Assembly: GCA_002269645.1 (NCBI GenBank)
Contig: NIVC01001217.1
Span: 62,001 to 126,000 of the forward strand
Reading direction: 5' to 3'
DNA length: 64,000 nt
Origin: Macrostomum lignano
Taxonomy: Eukaryota
In this document: piece by piece, positions 24,540 to 37,254 of the stretch
Position numbering within the stretch: the stretch's first letter is position 1
How the letters are laid out: every line of letters begins with the position of its first letter
The notes under the pieces: model-generated
Told to the model about the DNA's origin: nothing
Database searches by the model: none
What the model saw: the letters and a program-made list of their open reading frames with translations, nothing else
Position numbers and translations under genes: made by a program

Positions 24540-25170
24540 ATTGTCCCCCCAGTTCCTTGACTGACCCCTGACCCCGCCACTCCATACTCCCCCAGTTCCT
24601 TGAGTGACCCCTGACCCCACCACTCCATACTCCCCCAGTTTCTTGAGTGACCCCTGACCCCGCCACTCCATACTCCCCCAGTTTCTTGAGTGACCCCTGA
24701 CCCCACCACTCCATACTCCCCAGTTCCTTGAGTGACCCCTGACCCCACCACTCCATACTCCCCCAGTTTCTTGAGTGACCCCTGACCCCACCACTCCATT
24801 CTCCCTAGTTCCTTAAGTGACCCCAGTTCCTTAAGTGACCCCTGACCCCGCCACTCCATTCTCCTTAGTTCCTTAAGTGACCCCTGACCCCGCCACTCCA
24901 TTCTCCTTAGTTCCTTAAGTGACCCCTGACCCCACCACTCCATTCTCCTTAGTTCCTTAAGTGACCCCTGACCCCACCACTCCATTCTCCTTAGTTCCTT
25001 AAGTGACCCCTGACCCCACCACTCCATTCTCCTTAGTTCCTTAAGTGACCCCTGACCCCACCACTCCATTCTCCTTAGTTCCTTAAGTGACCCCTGACCC
25101 CACCACTCCATTCTCCTTAGTTCCTTAAGTGACCCCAGTTCCTTAAGTGACCCCTGACCCCGCCACTCCA
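24540..25170. repeat. About 42-bp C-rich minisatellite downstream of the STARD10 stop
   Basis: Units CCCCAGTTCCTTGAGTGACCCCTGACCCCACCACTCCATACT grading into TAGTTCCTTAAG variants. Confidence 0.93.
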
Positions 25171-26019
25171 CATTCTCCCACAGTTTCTTCCTGCAGCAGA
25201 TATCGAACAGGCACATATTACAGCGTATTATGCTGGCTGTTTGCCTCTGTGATAAAAACGTATTACTTATTGCAAGAACATTTAAAGTTCGCCATCACAG
25301 TCATTGGTGAATGGCTGACTCTACCTTTTTCATTTCTGAGCCTTGCCAACTGGAATCTGTTGTGATCGCAATTCACCGTTTATTACCCGCGGTTTTGGAA
25401 ACAAAGAAGCCGTCTTTTTGTCTTGTTTATTCGCGTCACAAAACTTGTGTTTAAGCGTCGCCCGACTAATGTACTTTTTCGCGGCCCGCTAGCACTTCCA
25501 ATTAGTCATTGTTGTTGTTTGTTGATTTTCATTACATGCCTCTGCAGCTTTATTAACATTCGATAAGCTGTGACAGCTGTACCAAATATTGTTGTTTTAA
25601 CGAACACAATTTTTAATTGCCATTCCATATTATGCTGAACTTGTATTAGAACCTGATTACTGTTAAATCAAGTGTTTTTCTAGGCACGTTGGTTCTTTTG
25701 GCTTGCACTTCTGCTTTTTTGATCTGCTGGATGTTGTTATTCCCTTGGCACTTTAATCTCTGTTGGTTGTAGCGGAGCGATTGCGCATTACCGAACTTTT
25801 GCTTTACTGATTATTGATAAATATACACACGTGTTGGATATTATTAGGGACACTTTGACTTAAGGTCTGACTTGCCCTTCTTATACCGACAGTTTTGTGG
25901 CGTGTCTTGCGCAGAAATGCATTCTGATCGACTTTTGCCTGCGTCATTTTGCGGCAGCTGCAATGTCCGTTTTAGTTTTTTGGCACACTAGACACGGTTT
26001 AAAAGCCGCCTTTCAACTC

Positions 26020-26615
26020 TGGATAGCCTTGAGAACGTGTCCAGACACTTTGTGAATCCTCTTTGGACAATTTAGGAACTGCCCAGGACACACTGAAATC
26101 CTATCTGGACATCCTTTAGCCCGGTCTGGACACCCCTTTAATCCCGGTCTGGACACCCTTAAAGCCCGGTCTGGACACCCCTTAAAGCCCGGTCTGGGCA
26201 ACCCTAAAATTCTAGTCTGGACACCCCTTTAATCCCGGTCTGGACATCCTTTAAATCCCGGTCTGGACACCCCTTTAAGCCCGGTTTGGGCAACCCTTTA
26301 ATCCCGGTCTGGACACCCCTTTAATTCCGGTCTGGACACCCCTTTAATCCCGGTCTGGACACCCCTAAAATTCCGGTCTGGACACCCCTGTAATCCCGGT
26401 CTGGACACCCCTTTAATCCCGGTCTGGACATCCTTTAAATCCCGGTCTGGACACCCCTTTAAGCCCGGTTTGGGCAACCCTTTAATCCCGGTCTGGACAC
26501 CCCTTTAATTCCGGTCTGGACACCCCTTTAATCCCGGTCTGGACACCCCTAAAATTCCGGTCTGGACACCCCTGTAATCCCGGTCTGGACACCCCTTTAA
26601 TCCCGGTCTGGACAA
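26020..26615. repeat. About 22-bp minisatellite CCCGGTCTGGACACCCCTTTAAT
   Basis: Tandem units in the STARD10-EGFR intergenic region. Confidence 0.93.
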
Positions 26616-27364
26616 CCATTAACGCTAGCTTATTCTGCTGGCAATTTGCATGAGCATTCCAACGCAGCGAAGGCGAACGGAAACAAGACCCAAAGTGCGT
26701 GTAGCTACACTGGCTTTCTTAATACCCGATCTCCCAGGCATGTTTGCACGCCATGGCCTGTGTTTTTGTATAAGGCATTCCTTAACTGTAAACGAATTAG
26801 AAGCTGCATAATATTGCCACTTTCTATTCTATATTTCTTATCCAGTTTAATAGGGACCCAATGCAGTCGAATGCGACTGGTCACTGGACCCGTGTGAAAA
26901 TTCATGAACTCCAGGTCTTTCACAGTGTTTCACTTCAGTTCGCGTCTTGCTTGTTCCGTGAGGGGGGGTGAGGGGCCCTCTTTCTTCACCGCAAGTCAAC
27001 CCCCCTCCCCAAGAGTCCCGGCCGCTCATTCGCTGATTCACCCCCTCCCCCATCTGCTTGAATCCCGATCTCCGAATTCGGCAATGTACAGTCATGGAGG
27101 CCCAGGAACAGATTCTGGAGTCGCAACAGTTCCTTCTCTGATCTGAAACTTGAAAAGAAAATTAGTTGTCTGAAAAAAGAGCTGTCACTCCAAGGCTCTG
27201 GTTCATGCGTACAGGGCAGCCCACCTCCTCTCTCTCCCCAGTCGTCCCTCCTCTTGCTAGCGCAATAAAAGGCATCGGGGCTTTGAATTTGCTGCGAATC
27301 CTATCTCGAACGAAGAAAGTTATCTTGTGCTGGCTTAGAAGACCGCCGTGATCGCCGCTAAATC

Positions 27365-30300
27365 ATGAGCTTAACCTCGGCGTTCCTGGGCTGCCTCATC
27401 CTGCTATCCAGCCTCACCTTGGACGCCACGGCCAACCTGAACTCGACTCCAGCCGTCTGCCAGGGCACGCATCAGTCTGAGTTCACCAGAAGCAGCTCCG
27501 TGCAGATCTTGAACTCCATCCGCAGCCAGTTGGACGGCTGCCAGATTGTGATAGGCGATTTGCACATCATGAACATCCGGGAGAAAGACTTCCAAAAAAG
27601 CAGCGCCAACTTTAGCCTGGCGTTTCTCGACTCCATCCAGGAGGTCACCGGCTGCGTCTGGATTGTGAACAGCTGCTTCAGAGTTCCCATCATCTTCCGC
27701 GGGCTTCGGATCATCCGCGGCGCCAACTGCGACAACGCTGTCACCATCCAGTACCTCAGCGAGTGCCGCATTCAACCCGACGCTGTCTTCAGCCGCCTGG
27801 TATTCATCGCAAACGGCGGCGTCACGGCGGTTGGACTGCGGTCCTGTCACCTGGTTCGTGACATCAACTACACCGAGCTATTCCAGAACCCCGACAGGCA
27901 GCGCCTGATTGTCCAGCCGAAGTGCTCCGGTCCCAGCGGCTGCCACTCGGACTGTCCGGTGTGGCGGGACGGCCATCGCCACTGCTGGGGCCCCGGGCCA
28001 GACCACTGCCAGGAGCGCAGTCGCTGTTCCACACTGACCGCCAAGCAGTGCCCCGGAGGCCGCTGCTACCTGGACGGCCAGGACTCTATGACAATGCCCG
28101 AGCGCTGCTGTGCCGAGCAGTGCCTTGGCGGCTGTCACGGAACCGCCGCCAGCCACTGCATCGCCTGCGCTAGCTTCAACAAGTCGGGCGTCTGCGTCGG
28201 CGCCTGCAACCCAAGCGCCGTGTACGACTCGAGCAGCGCATCCTTCATTAAGTCGACGGAGTCCAGCAGCCTCATCCCGCTTGGCCCAGTTTGCGTCGCC
28301 AGGTGCCCGAAGACGTATTTCACTCAGGAGGGCGCCTGCGTCAGCCGCTGCTCCGAGGGCTTCGCGCCAACCAGCGACGGCGTCTGCGAGACGAACGAGG
28401 CCGGCCGGGCCTGCGAGCAGCGGAAAGGTTCGGCCATTGTATGCGACTTGGCCAACCCGCTGCTGGCCGGCGGCCGCAACTCCAGCCTGCTCTGCTCGCA
28501 CTACACTGGCGAACTGGCAATCTTTGACGACTGCATCGCGACTGACGTCCAGAAATCATACCAACCCAGGCCCGGGCTCCGGCCGCTGGCCCTGGACGAG
28601 CTGTACTTCTACCTCAGCCGCCTAGCCGTCATCCGGGGCAGCATCACCGTCGTGCTGAACAACCGGACGAACATGTCGTTCCTAAGCGGCCTCCGCCGGA
28701 TTGACAAACGGCCGGGCCACCCCAATGACGGCTACATGCTCGTGCGCTCGTCCAGCCTGCGCTTCCTCGGGCTGGCCTCGCTGAAGCACCTGGCCAGCTT
28801 TTTACTGGCCCAGCCGAAGCCTCCTCTCTGTCCAAGCCTCCTGCCAACCAGGCGCGCTTTCGATGACCGACTAGTAACGCTGCTGAATCCTAATGAGACC
28901 AGCGCCCAGTTTGACGCTGTCCGGAAGAGCAGCCTGACCGCCGACTGTCAGAGCTGTCACCCGGAGTGCGACCCCGCCTACGGCTGCTGGGGTCCCGGGC
29001 CTGACCTGTGCATCCGCTGCCGGCGTCACCGACTGCCAATCGACGGGTCCGGCGGCCGCGGAATCTGCGTGTCCGACTGCGACGGCATCGACGGCTGGTA
29101 CAACGCTGGCAAAGTTGAGGCGGTCGGCCTGCAGGTGAACGAGAGCCTCTGCAGCCGCTGTCACCCGCTGTGCAGCAGCTGCACTGGCAACAGCCAGCAG
29201 GACTGCACCAAATGCGCCCCGGAGGCCTTTGCCGAGGCCGACACCGGCGCCTGCGTGCCGGCTTGCTCGAACATCCGTCAGTTCGCCGACGCGGATCGCG
29301 TCTGCCGACCCTGCCCAGACGCCTGCACTCCGGCTATCGGCTTCGGCCAGGAGCCCACCTGCTCCGGCAACTTGTCTGCGGTCGGGCCGGGCGGCTGCAG
29401 CTACTGCTCCAAGGTGATGGAGCCTGACGAGCGCGATGGGGAGTCCGACAGCGAGCAGGCAGTCATTCGGTGCCTGAACCCGCTGGTGGCGTGTCCTGAG
29501 GGCTACCAGCTGCGTGTGCTGGAGTTTGACGAGGCCCAGCGACATTTCGCCTGGCGTCGCCGGCGACCGCACAGCTTCGTGTCAATCTGCAAGCGCTCGG
29601 ACGCCGAGGCTGAGCTCAAGAAACGCCGATCGGTCCGGGAAGCCCGACTGGCAGTGGCCTACGTTGGCGCGGGCGTCGTCGTTGTCATCACTCTGATCCT
29701 GGGCGGCATCACCTGCCGCTGTCTGCGCCAGCGAGCCGCCGCCGCGGCGGACACGGAGAAACGACGCCAACTTGGCGAGAACGGCCATCGGCGAGTGATG
29801 ATGATGGATGGCAGCTGGGACGAAGACGCCGAGCTTTTGAATGCCAACGACGGCATCGAGGGCGTCAACAGAGGGGACGACGCCGCGGGCGGCATCGAGC
29901 TTGAAGGCATCGCCGTTCTGCGCACCATCTCAGAGAACGAGCTGACCAGGGGCGCCGAAATCGGCTCGGGCGCCTTTGGCACCGTGTACCGCGGCGAGTG
30001 GCTTGCCGAAGCTTCGGTTGGCAACGGTCCGGTTCGTCGGCACGTCTCAGTGGCCATTAAAATCCTGGCAGACTCGAGCGACTGCGGCGGCAGCTGCCTG
30101 TCCAGCGAGCTACTCGCCGAGAGCCGCATAATGGCCTCCGTGCGGCACCGGCACTGCCTCAGCCTGGTCGGAGTGTGCATGACTCAGCCGCCGCAGCTCA
30201 TCAGCCGCTTCCTGCCGCTCGGCAACCTCCGCGACTTCCTGCGGGCCCGCCGCGGCACCGGGCAGCTCGGGAGCAGCCACCTGCTGCGCTTCGCGGCCCA

Positions 30301-30847
30301 GATCGCCAGCGGCATGGCCTACCTGGAGCAGCGCAGCGTCATCCACCGGGACCTCGCCTGCAGAAACGTGCTGGTCGCCTCGCCCAGGTGCGTGAAGATC
30401 ACTGATTTCGGCCTGGCCCGCCTCATGGAGAATCCCAACGAAGAGTACCAGGCCTCCGGTGGCAAGCTGCCTGTGAAGTGGCTGGCCCTCGAGTGCCTCG
30501 TCTGCCGGCGGTTCTCTCACAAATCCGACGTCTGGGCCTACGGGGTGACGCTCTGGGAGATCTTTATGTTCGGCGAGCCGCCCTACGCCAACGTGAGGCC
30601 GGTTGACCTCGCCGACTACCTGGAGAAAGGCGAACGTCTGCCGCAGCCGCCTATCTGCACCCTCGACGTGTACATCCTCATGATCAAATGCTGGATGCTG
30701 AACGAGTCCCAGCGGCCCAGCTTCGACCAGCTCGAGTCCAGCTTCCGCAAGATGTGCGACTCTCCGGGGCGCTACGTCTACATCAAAGGCGACAGGTTCG
30801 CGGCTGGTCGAAGGCCTCATCGCGACGACGGCAACTGCGGAGGAGGC

Positions 30848-30878
<31 letters not shown>

Positions 30879-31369
30879 ATGGCTGCAACGGGAGTTCCGG
30901 GTCCTCACCGACTGGCAGCGGCAGCAGCAGCTCGCAGGAGGCGCACCGCGCGCCCGATGGCAGCGCCGGAGACGGTCTCGACGATGGCGAATATTCGCCT
31001 CTGGAGGTCAACGAGGAGGTGAACGTTGACGAGGTGTTCAGAGTGTCGCCTCCGCCGCTGGCTTCCGCCGAAACCGGCAGCACTGAGGTCGACGCCGACG
31101 CCGCCGCCTACGGCAAAGCAGCGGCTATGGCGAATCTTGGACCGATGAAGCAGGGCGCAGTCCCTGAGAAGCTCGTGAACAACAAGTACTGCAGCGACCC
31201 GAGCTCCGACCAAGAGCTGCAAGACGACTACCTCAGGCCCAACTGCTCGACACAGGCCAGCCTGGCTACCGCGGTGTACAATCCCGAGTACTTCTTCAAC
31301 GCGTCTCGTGCCGCGACGCCGAAGCCGCCGCCGCCTCAACAGGTGGGACAGACTGTGGATTCCCAATGA
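27365..31369 (+). CDS. EGFR: EGF receptor / ErbB family receptor tyrosine kinase, single exon, 1334 aa
   Basis: Signal peptide; receptor L domain (GCQIVIGDLHI, FLDSIQEVTG, LRIIRG); furin-like Cys-rich region (CWGPGPDHCQ); second L domain; further Cys-rich repeats (CWGPGPDLC); TM LAVAYVGAGVVVVITLILGGITC; kinase with GSGAFGTVYRG, VAIK, HRDLACRN, KITDFGLAR, GGKLPVKWLALE and PQPPICTLDVYILMIKCWM; C-tail NPEY. Confidence 0.96.
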
Positions 31370-31495
31370 CATAGTCGTTTTAATTTTTGTATGTATTGTT
31401 CGTCTGTATGCATTTCCAGAGATATGCGACTTTTTTAGTCCGGAAATGGAAGCGGAATATCATAGCTGAATAACTGTAGAAAGTTTAGGGGAAAA

Positions 31496-31956
31496 CACAG
31501 TCTAGGATTCTAGAATGACTGGATGGGCCACTCAGGCATATATACTCGTACTTAGCAAAACAGCTTTCTACTTTCAGTTCAGTAGCAAAGAAGAATACAT
31601 AAGCTATTTTATAAAAATAAAGGCAGCTGAAATGACTTTGATAAGTTTAGAAGCCAAGCTTGCAGGCGTAAACAACTTGCTAATTGGTTCAGCAGTAATG
31701 TACATTAGCCAGCGCCACTGAAATGTACATGGCAGCTTTAGGCTGGAATTCCGAGAAAGGCAATAAAATTGGGGGGGGGCGGGGCGGGGGGTAGTGTGGA
31801 AAGGCCGGTTTAAACTGGAGGTGGGTAAGAGCCAATAAATGAGCCTTGGCTTTAAAAATACATTAAAATGCTTCTGTTTAACTTTACTACTGAACTGAAA
31901 GTAGCTTACACGCAAATGTGCTGAGTGGCCCATCTATAGTTATTCTAATATCTGTG
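31496..31956. mobile_element. Non-autonomous P-element-like MITE, copy 2
   Basis: Same sequence and orientation as 15577-16034; CACAG...CTGTG ends; TSD gggaaaa (31489-31495 and 31957-31963), or 8 bp if one G was lost from the homopolymer; inserted 127 bp after the EGFR stop. Confidence 0.8.
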
Positions 31957-33129
31957 GGGAAAATAGCTAACTTGAACATCTGATCACAGAACTGTTCTGT
32001 TCTGTGCCTCTGATAGGGGCAGAGCAGCTTGTGGTAAACGCGCCCGACTCTCGCACACCGCGCACGACCCTTGTTCCATAAATCGGTTCCATTTCGTAGA
32101 AACTAAAGTTGACATAAGATCCCAAATTTTCTCATCTAATTGTTCACATTTGAGTACTAATTTTTTGTCTTCGGCTTTGTTGATTTTGTCCGTTAGCTTC
32201 ATAGCTGTTTATCAGTGCGCGCCATACTACCGGTCTCGTGTATTCCAGCAATTTTCGTTTGCGCTTTCTGTAATTTGTTTCTGCTTTTAAAATTTGAACC
32301 GCTTTGAATGTTTTTTCTTCAAATAATTCACTCCGTTGTTTCTGCCCTTGCCCTGTTATTGAACTTCTAACAACCTGAAAGGGGATCTTAGTTCTCCCTT
32401 GTCTTTTCTCCCTTGCTAAGGAATAATTTTGACACATTCGTCAGTGATTCTCTGCCAGATGTGAGTATTTTTGTAAGCTTACGGAGTCAGCACCGTGTCT
32501 ATGCTAATGGAGTTGTTTTATACGACCGTAATTGTATTATGGTCTTATGGAATATGGTTTCATTGCGCAATATAATTAACCGGTATAACTAAAATAAACA
32601 TACACCTTAGCTTTGTATGAAGCATTGCATTGTCTCCGTTCAACTGCATTCTCAAAAATCGAGTTTGATCTTATTTCACTTATAGCTACAGCACTAAGTG
32701 CAGCTTTGAATAGGACTTGCCATTTCAAAGAATAAGTCATTAGTTGCACTAGTTTGATTATTGCCAAAATCAAAGCCATAAAAGTCAGTATTGTACTGTA
32801 TTTGTATATTTGATTTCACTAATTAAGGGAAGGGGTGGCGGTGCTGATAAGAATGCAAGCCTTGGCCTCAGTCCGAAGGTTAGAGTTGTTGAGACGAAGG
32901 GAGAGCTAATCAGAATGAGGCATGGGTTAGATAAGAGAAGCAAGGGTATTTTCAACAGACAGGTAGATTGTAGAAGTGCAGACGGGAGGACGATACGCGT
33001 AACCAATTTGTTACGGAGGCTAACTAAAGGACATAAAAATTGTCTGTACAAAGGCAACAATAGATAAAGAAAGGTATAAAATTATTTAATCCGACAGGAC
33101 TCAGCTCAGCTCCGCTCCGAACTCAGCTC

Positions 33130-33460
33130 CATAGCACGCACCATCCACAGCACCCACCACCCCACAGCACCCGTCACCCACAGCACCCACCACCCCACAG
33201 CACCCATCACCCACAGCACCTACCACCCCACAGCACCCACCACCCACAGCACCCGTCACCCACATCACCCACCACCCCACAGCACCTACCACCCCACAGC
33301 ACCCGTCACCCCAGAGCACCCGTCACCCCAGAGCACCCATCACCCCACAACACCCATCACCCACAACACCCACCACCCCACAGCACCCACCACCCCACAG
33401 CACCCACCACCCCACAGTACCCACCACCCACTGCACCAACTAACCACAGCACCGACCACA
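33130..33460. repeat. About 17-bp C/A-rich minisatellite CACCCACCACCCCACAG
   Basis: Tandem units. Confidence 0.9.
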
Positions 33461-33984
33461 GCATAACACTGATCGTTTTCCTCCTGTTTTGTCCGTCTCG
33501 CTATTCTGAGTCTGTTCTTAGCGGTCTTCGCTTTTTCGTTAAGCAATGTTTCCCTACCGACTGATTCTGACAGCTTCTGCGGGACTGAGCGAGCAATTTA
33601 CCTTGGCTCAGCTTATTGCAATTTATTTTTCCGTTATTACAATAGCATCCGCAGTTTCGTCTCGAGGGTAATAATTAAATTTTCCACCCAGCATGCTGGT
33701 GTGGAATTGTGTTCTCTACTCGTAGGGGCTTTTTTAAAGAATAGATCGTCTTATTACCCATCTGAATTTAGGGAGCAGTTTTCACTGCTCCAGATTTTCA
33801 CCTGCTGTATTTCCTGTCAAATTTTGTCCGGTTACTCAGCTTGATGGAGTGCTCATCTGTTGAATTTTGTTGCCCTGGGTTATTGAAGAAGTGAAATTAA
33901 ATTACAAATATCCTAATCAGGGCGAGTCCCCCTTTGAAAGAGCCAACAAAAGCATGTCTTAGAGTTAACCTTAAAAATCATTAG

Positions 33985-35480
33985 CGACAACAACAGCAAA
34001 ACAGCAGCCAAAGCAACAACAACAGCAAAACAGCAGCCAAAGCAGCAACAGCAAAACAGCAGCCAAAGCAATAACAGCAAAACAGCAGCCAAAGCAACAA
34101 CAACAGCAAAACAGCAGCCAAAGCAGCAACAGCAAAACAGCAGCCAAAGCAATAACAGCAAAACAGCAGCCAAAGCAACAACAGCAAAACAGCAGCCAAA
34201 GCAGCAACAGCAAAACAGCAGCCAAAGCAACAACAGCAAAACAGCAGCCAAAGCAACAACAGCAAAACAGCAGCCAAAGCAACAACAGCAAAACAGCAGC
34301 CAAAGCAACAACAGCAAAACAGCAGCCAAAGCAACAACAGCAAAACAGCAGCCAAAGCAACAACAGCAAAACAGCAGCCAAAGCAACAACAGCAAAACAG
34401 CAGCCAAAGCAGCAACAGCAAAACAGCAGCCAAAGCAACAACAGCAAAACAGCAGCCAAAGCAACAACAACAGCAAAACAGCAGCCAAAGCAGCAACAGC
34501 AAAACAGCAGCCAAAGCAACAACAGCAAAACAGCAGCCAAAGCAACAACAGCAAAACAGCAGCCAAAGCAACAACAGCAAAACAGCAGCCAAAGCAACAA
34601 CAACAGCAAAACAGCAGCCAAAGCAGCAACAGCAAAATAGCAGCCAAAGCAATAACAGCAAAACAGCAGCCAAAGCAACAACAGCAAAATAGCAGCCAAA
34701 GCAACAACAGCAAAACAGCAGCCAAAGCAGCAACAGCAAAACAGCAGCCAAAGCAACAACAGCAAAACAGCAGCCAAAGCAACAACAGCAAAACAGCAGC
34801 CAAAGCAACAACAGCAAAACAGCAGCCAAAGCAACAACAGCAAAACAGCAGCCAAAGCAACAACAGCAAAACAGCAGCCAAAGCAACAACAGCAAAACAG
34901 CAGCCAAAGCAGCAACAGCAAAACAGCAGCCAAAGCAACAACAGCAAAACAGCAGCCAAAGCAGCAACAGCAAAACAGCAGCCAAAGCAACAACAGCAAA
35001 ACAGCAGCCAAAGCAACAACAGCAAAACAGCAGCCAAAGCAACAACAGCAAAATAGCAGCCAAAGCAACAACAGCAAAACAGCAGCCAAAGCAATAACAG
35101 CAAAACAGCAGCCAAAGCAACAACAGCAAAACAGCAGCCAAAGCAACAACTGCAAAATAGCAGCCAAAGCAACAACAGCAAAACAGCAGCCAAAGCAATA
35201 ACAGCAAAACAGCAGCCAAAGCAACAACAGCAAAACAGCAGCCAAAGCAACAACAGCAAAACAGCAGCCAAAGCAACAACAGCGAAACAGCAGCAAAAGC
35301 AACAACAGCAAAACAGCCAAAGCAACAAGAACAGCAAAGCAGCGGCCAAAGCAACAACAGCAAAACAGCAGCCAAAGCAACAACAGCAAAGCAGCAGCAA
35401 AAACAACAACAACAGCAAAGCAGCAGCCAAAGCAACAACAGCAAAACAGCAGTCAAAGCAACAACAGCAAAACAGCAGCC
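33985..35480. repeat. 26-bp minisatellite AAGCAACAACAGCAAAACAGCAGCCA
   Basis: More than 50 units; the 26-aa periodicity in all three minus-strand ORFs equals 3 x 26 bp. Confidence 0.97.
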
Positions 35481-35934
35481 GACTAATGTTGAACTTCTTT
35501 GTAGTCAATAGAAAGCATAATACTAAACTTTCTACTTTTAGTAGAACATTCGAAATGAGAATTCTGTGCAGAGCGCATAAAACGCGCCAATTCCATGCTG
35601 GCCCGATACGAAATTTCTTGTCGTAAGCGGGCGTGACGTTTCTCGCTTTCTGAGATCCGGTTGTGAAGAGCGAAAGTGCGGAGGCATTGAAATCAAATTT
35701 CTCCGGATTGCTGGCTTCTTACACAAATAATACTCTTAAGCCAGAGTCCGCATTGGAAGGAACGCGTTTGGTCTGGGATTTTCATCTTGTTGAAGAAATA
35801 TTTAAAAAGCCAAACATTTGTATAAAAAAATCCTGATTTTTCTGAGAACTGCATTAAAACCTTGCTATGAGGGAACAGAATGGATTCCTAATCTATTCCA
35901 ATTGTACGGATCCAATGCCAATCTATCCACAGAC

Positions 35935-36310
35935 CATGGATTGCTAATCTATAGCTCATGGATTGCTAATCTATAGCTCATGGATTGCTAATCTATAGCT
36001 CATGGATTGCTAATCCATAGCTCATGGATTGCTAATCTATAGCTCATGGATTGCTAATCTATAGCTCATGGATTGCTAATCTATAGCTCATGGATTGCTA
36101 ATCTATAGCTCATGGATTGCTAATCCATAGCTCATAGATTGCTAATCTATAGCTCATGGATTGCTAATCTATAGCTCATGGATTGCTAATCTATAGCTCA
36201 TGGATTGCTAATCTATAGCTCATAGATTGCTAATCTATAGCTCATGGATTTCTAATCTATAGCTCATGGATTGCTAATCTATAGCTCATGGATTGCTAAT
36301 CTATAGCAAA
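35935..36310. repeat. 22-bp minisatellite CATGGATTGCTAATCTATAGCT
   Basis: Tandem units. Confidence 0.95.
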
Positions 36311-36719
36311 TGAATTGCTAATCTCAACCTCACGAATTCCTAAGCATCAGCTCAATAGGCCAAGCTTGATAAAGCACAGCCTACATAAGTCGAGAAGGCA
36401 TAAATATCCTAAATTTTCTTCTCGGCTCTGGCCAGGCCTCTCTCCCCGCCGCTCAGCGGATTGGCTTTCGTTGCCATCTTATTGCTCGCGCGAGTGGCCA
36501 GACCGTGGGGGCTCTCCGTAGAAGTGCAAGCTGAGAACAAAACCTGAGTGCCTCAGTGCTGCCTGTGATTCTGGATATCTGCAGCTATTGAGCGTCGCTA
36601 TTTGCTCATCATTCAATTCCCAGTGTTAATGCAGCTCTATAGCATTGCAACAGGATGCTGACTTCGGGAAAGTTCTCAGCCTTCATCATGGATGCAGCGA
36701 GTCTAATTGGACTGGTGAG

Positions 36720-37220
36720 AATAGCACTCACAGACCGCTTTTGCATAACATTGTTAGACACTTGCATAGCACTGTTAGACCGCTTTTGCATAATACTATT
36801 AGACACTGGCATCAACCTGACAGACCGCTCTTGCATAACACTGTTAGACACTGGCATAAATCTCACAGACCGCTTTTGCATAACACTGTTAGACACTGGC
36901 ATAAATCTCACAGACCGCTCTTGCATAACACTGTTAGACACTGGCATAGCACTGTTAGACACTGGCATAAATCTCACAGACCGCTCTTGCATAGCACTGT
37001 TAGACACTGGCATAAATCTCACAGACCGCTCTTGCATAACACTGTTAGACACTGGCATAGCACTGTTAGACACTGGCATAAATCTCACAGACCGCTCTTG
37101 CATAACACTGTTAGACACTGGCATCACACTCACAGACCGCTCTTGTATAACACTGTTAGACACTGGCATAGCACTCACAGACCGCTCTTGCATAACACTG
37201 TTAGACGTTTGCATAACACT
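36720..37220. repeat. 45-bp minisatellite with 21-bp subunit (CACTGTTAGACACTGGCATA...CACAGACCGCTCTTGCATAA)
   Basis: Tandem units with occasional half-units. Confidence 0.93.
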
Positions 37221-37254
37221 ATAAGTCTTTTATAACAAATGCACTTTTGAGATA

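Noticed and set aside
27404-31372. Many antisense and alternate-frame ORFs over EGFR
   Set aside because: Expected shadow ORFs of GC-rich coding sequence.
33913-35508. Three 470-530 aa Cys/Leu-rich ORFs
   Set aside because: Open in all three minus frames with 26-aa period; simply a stop-free 26-bp minisatellite.
36609-37235. About 200-aa ORFs in three frames
   Set aside because: 45-bp tandem array; no domain signal.
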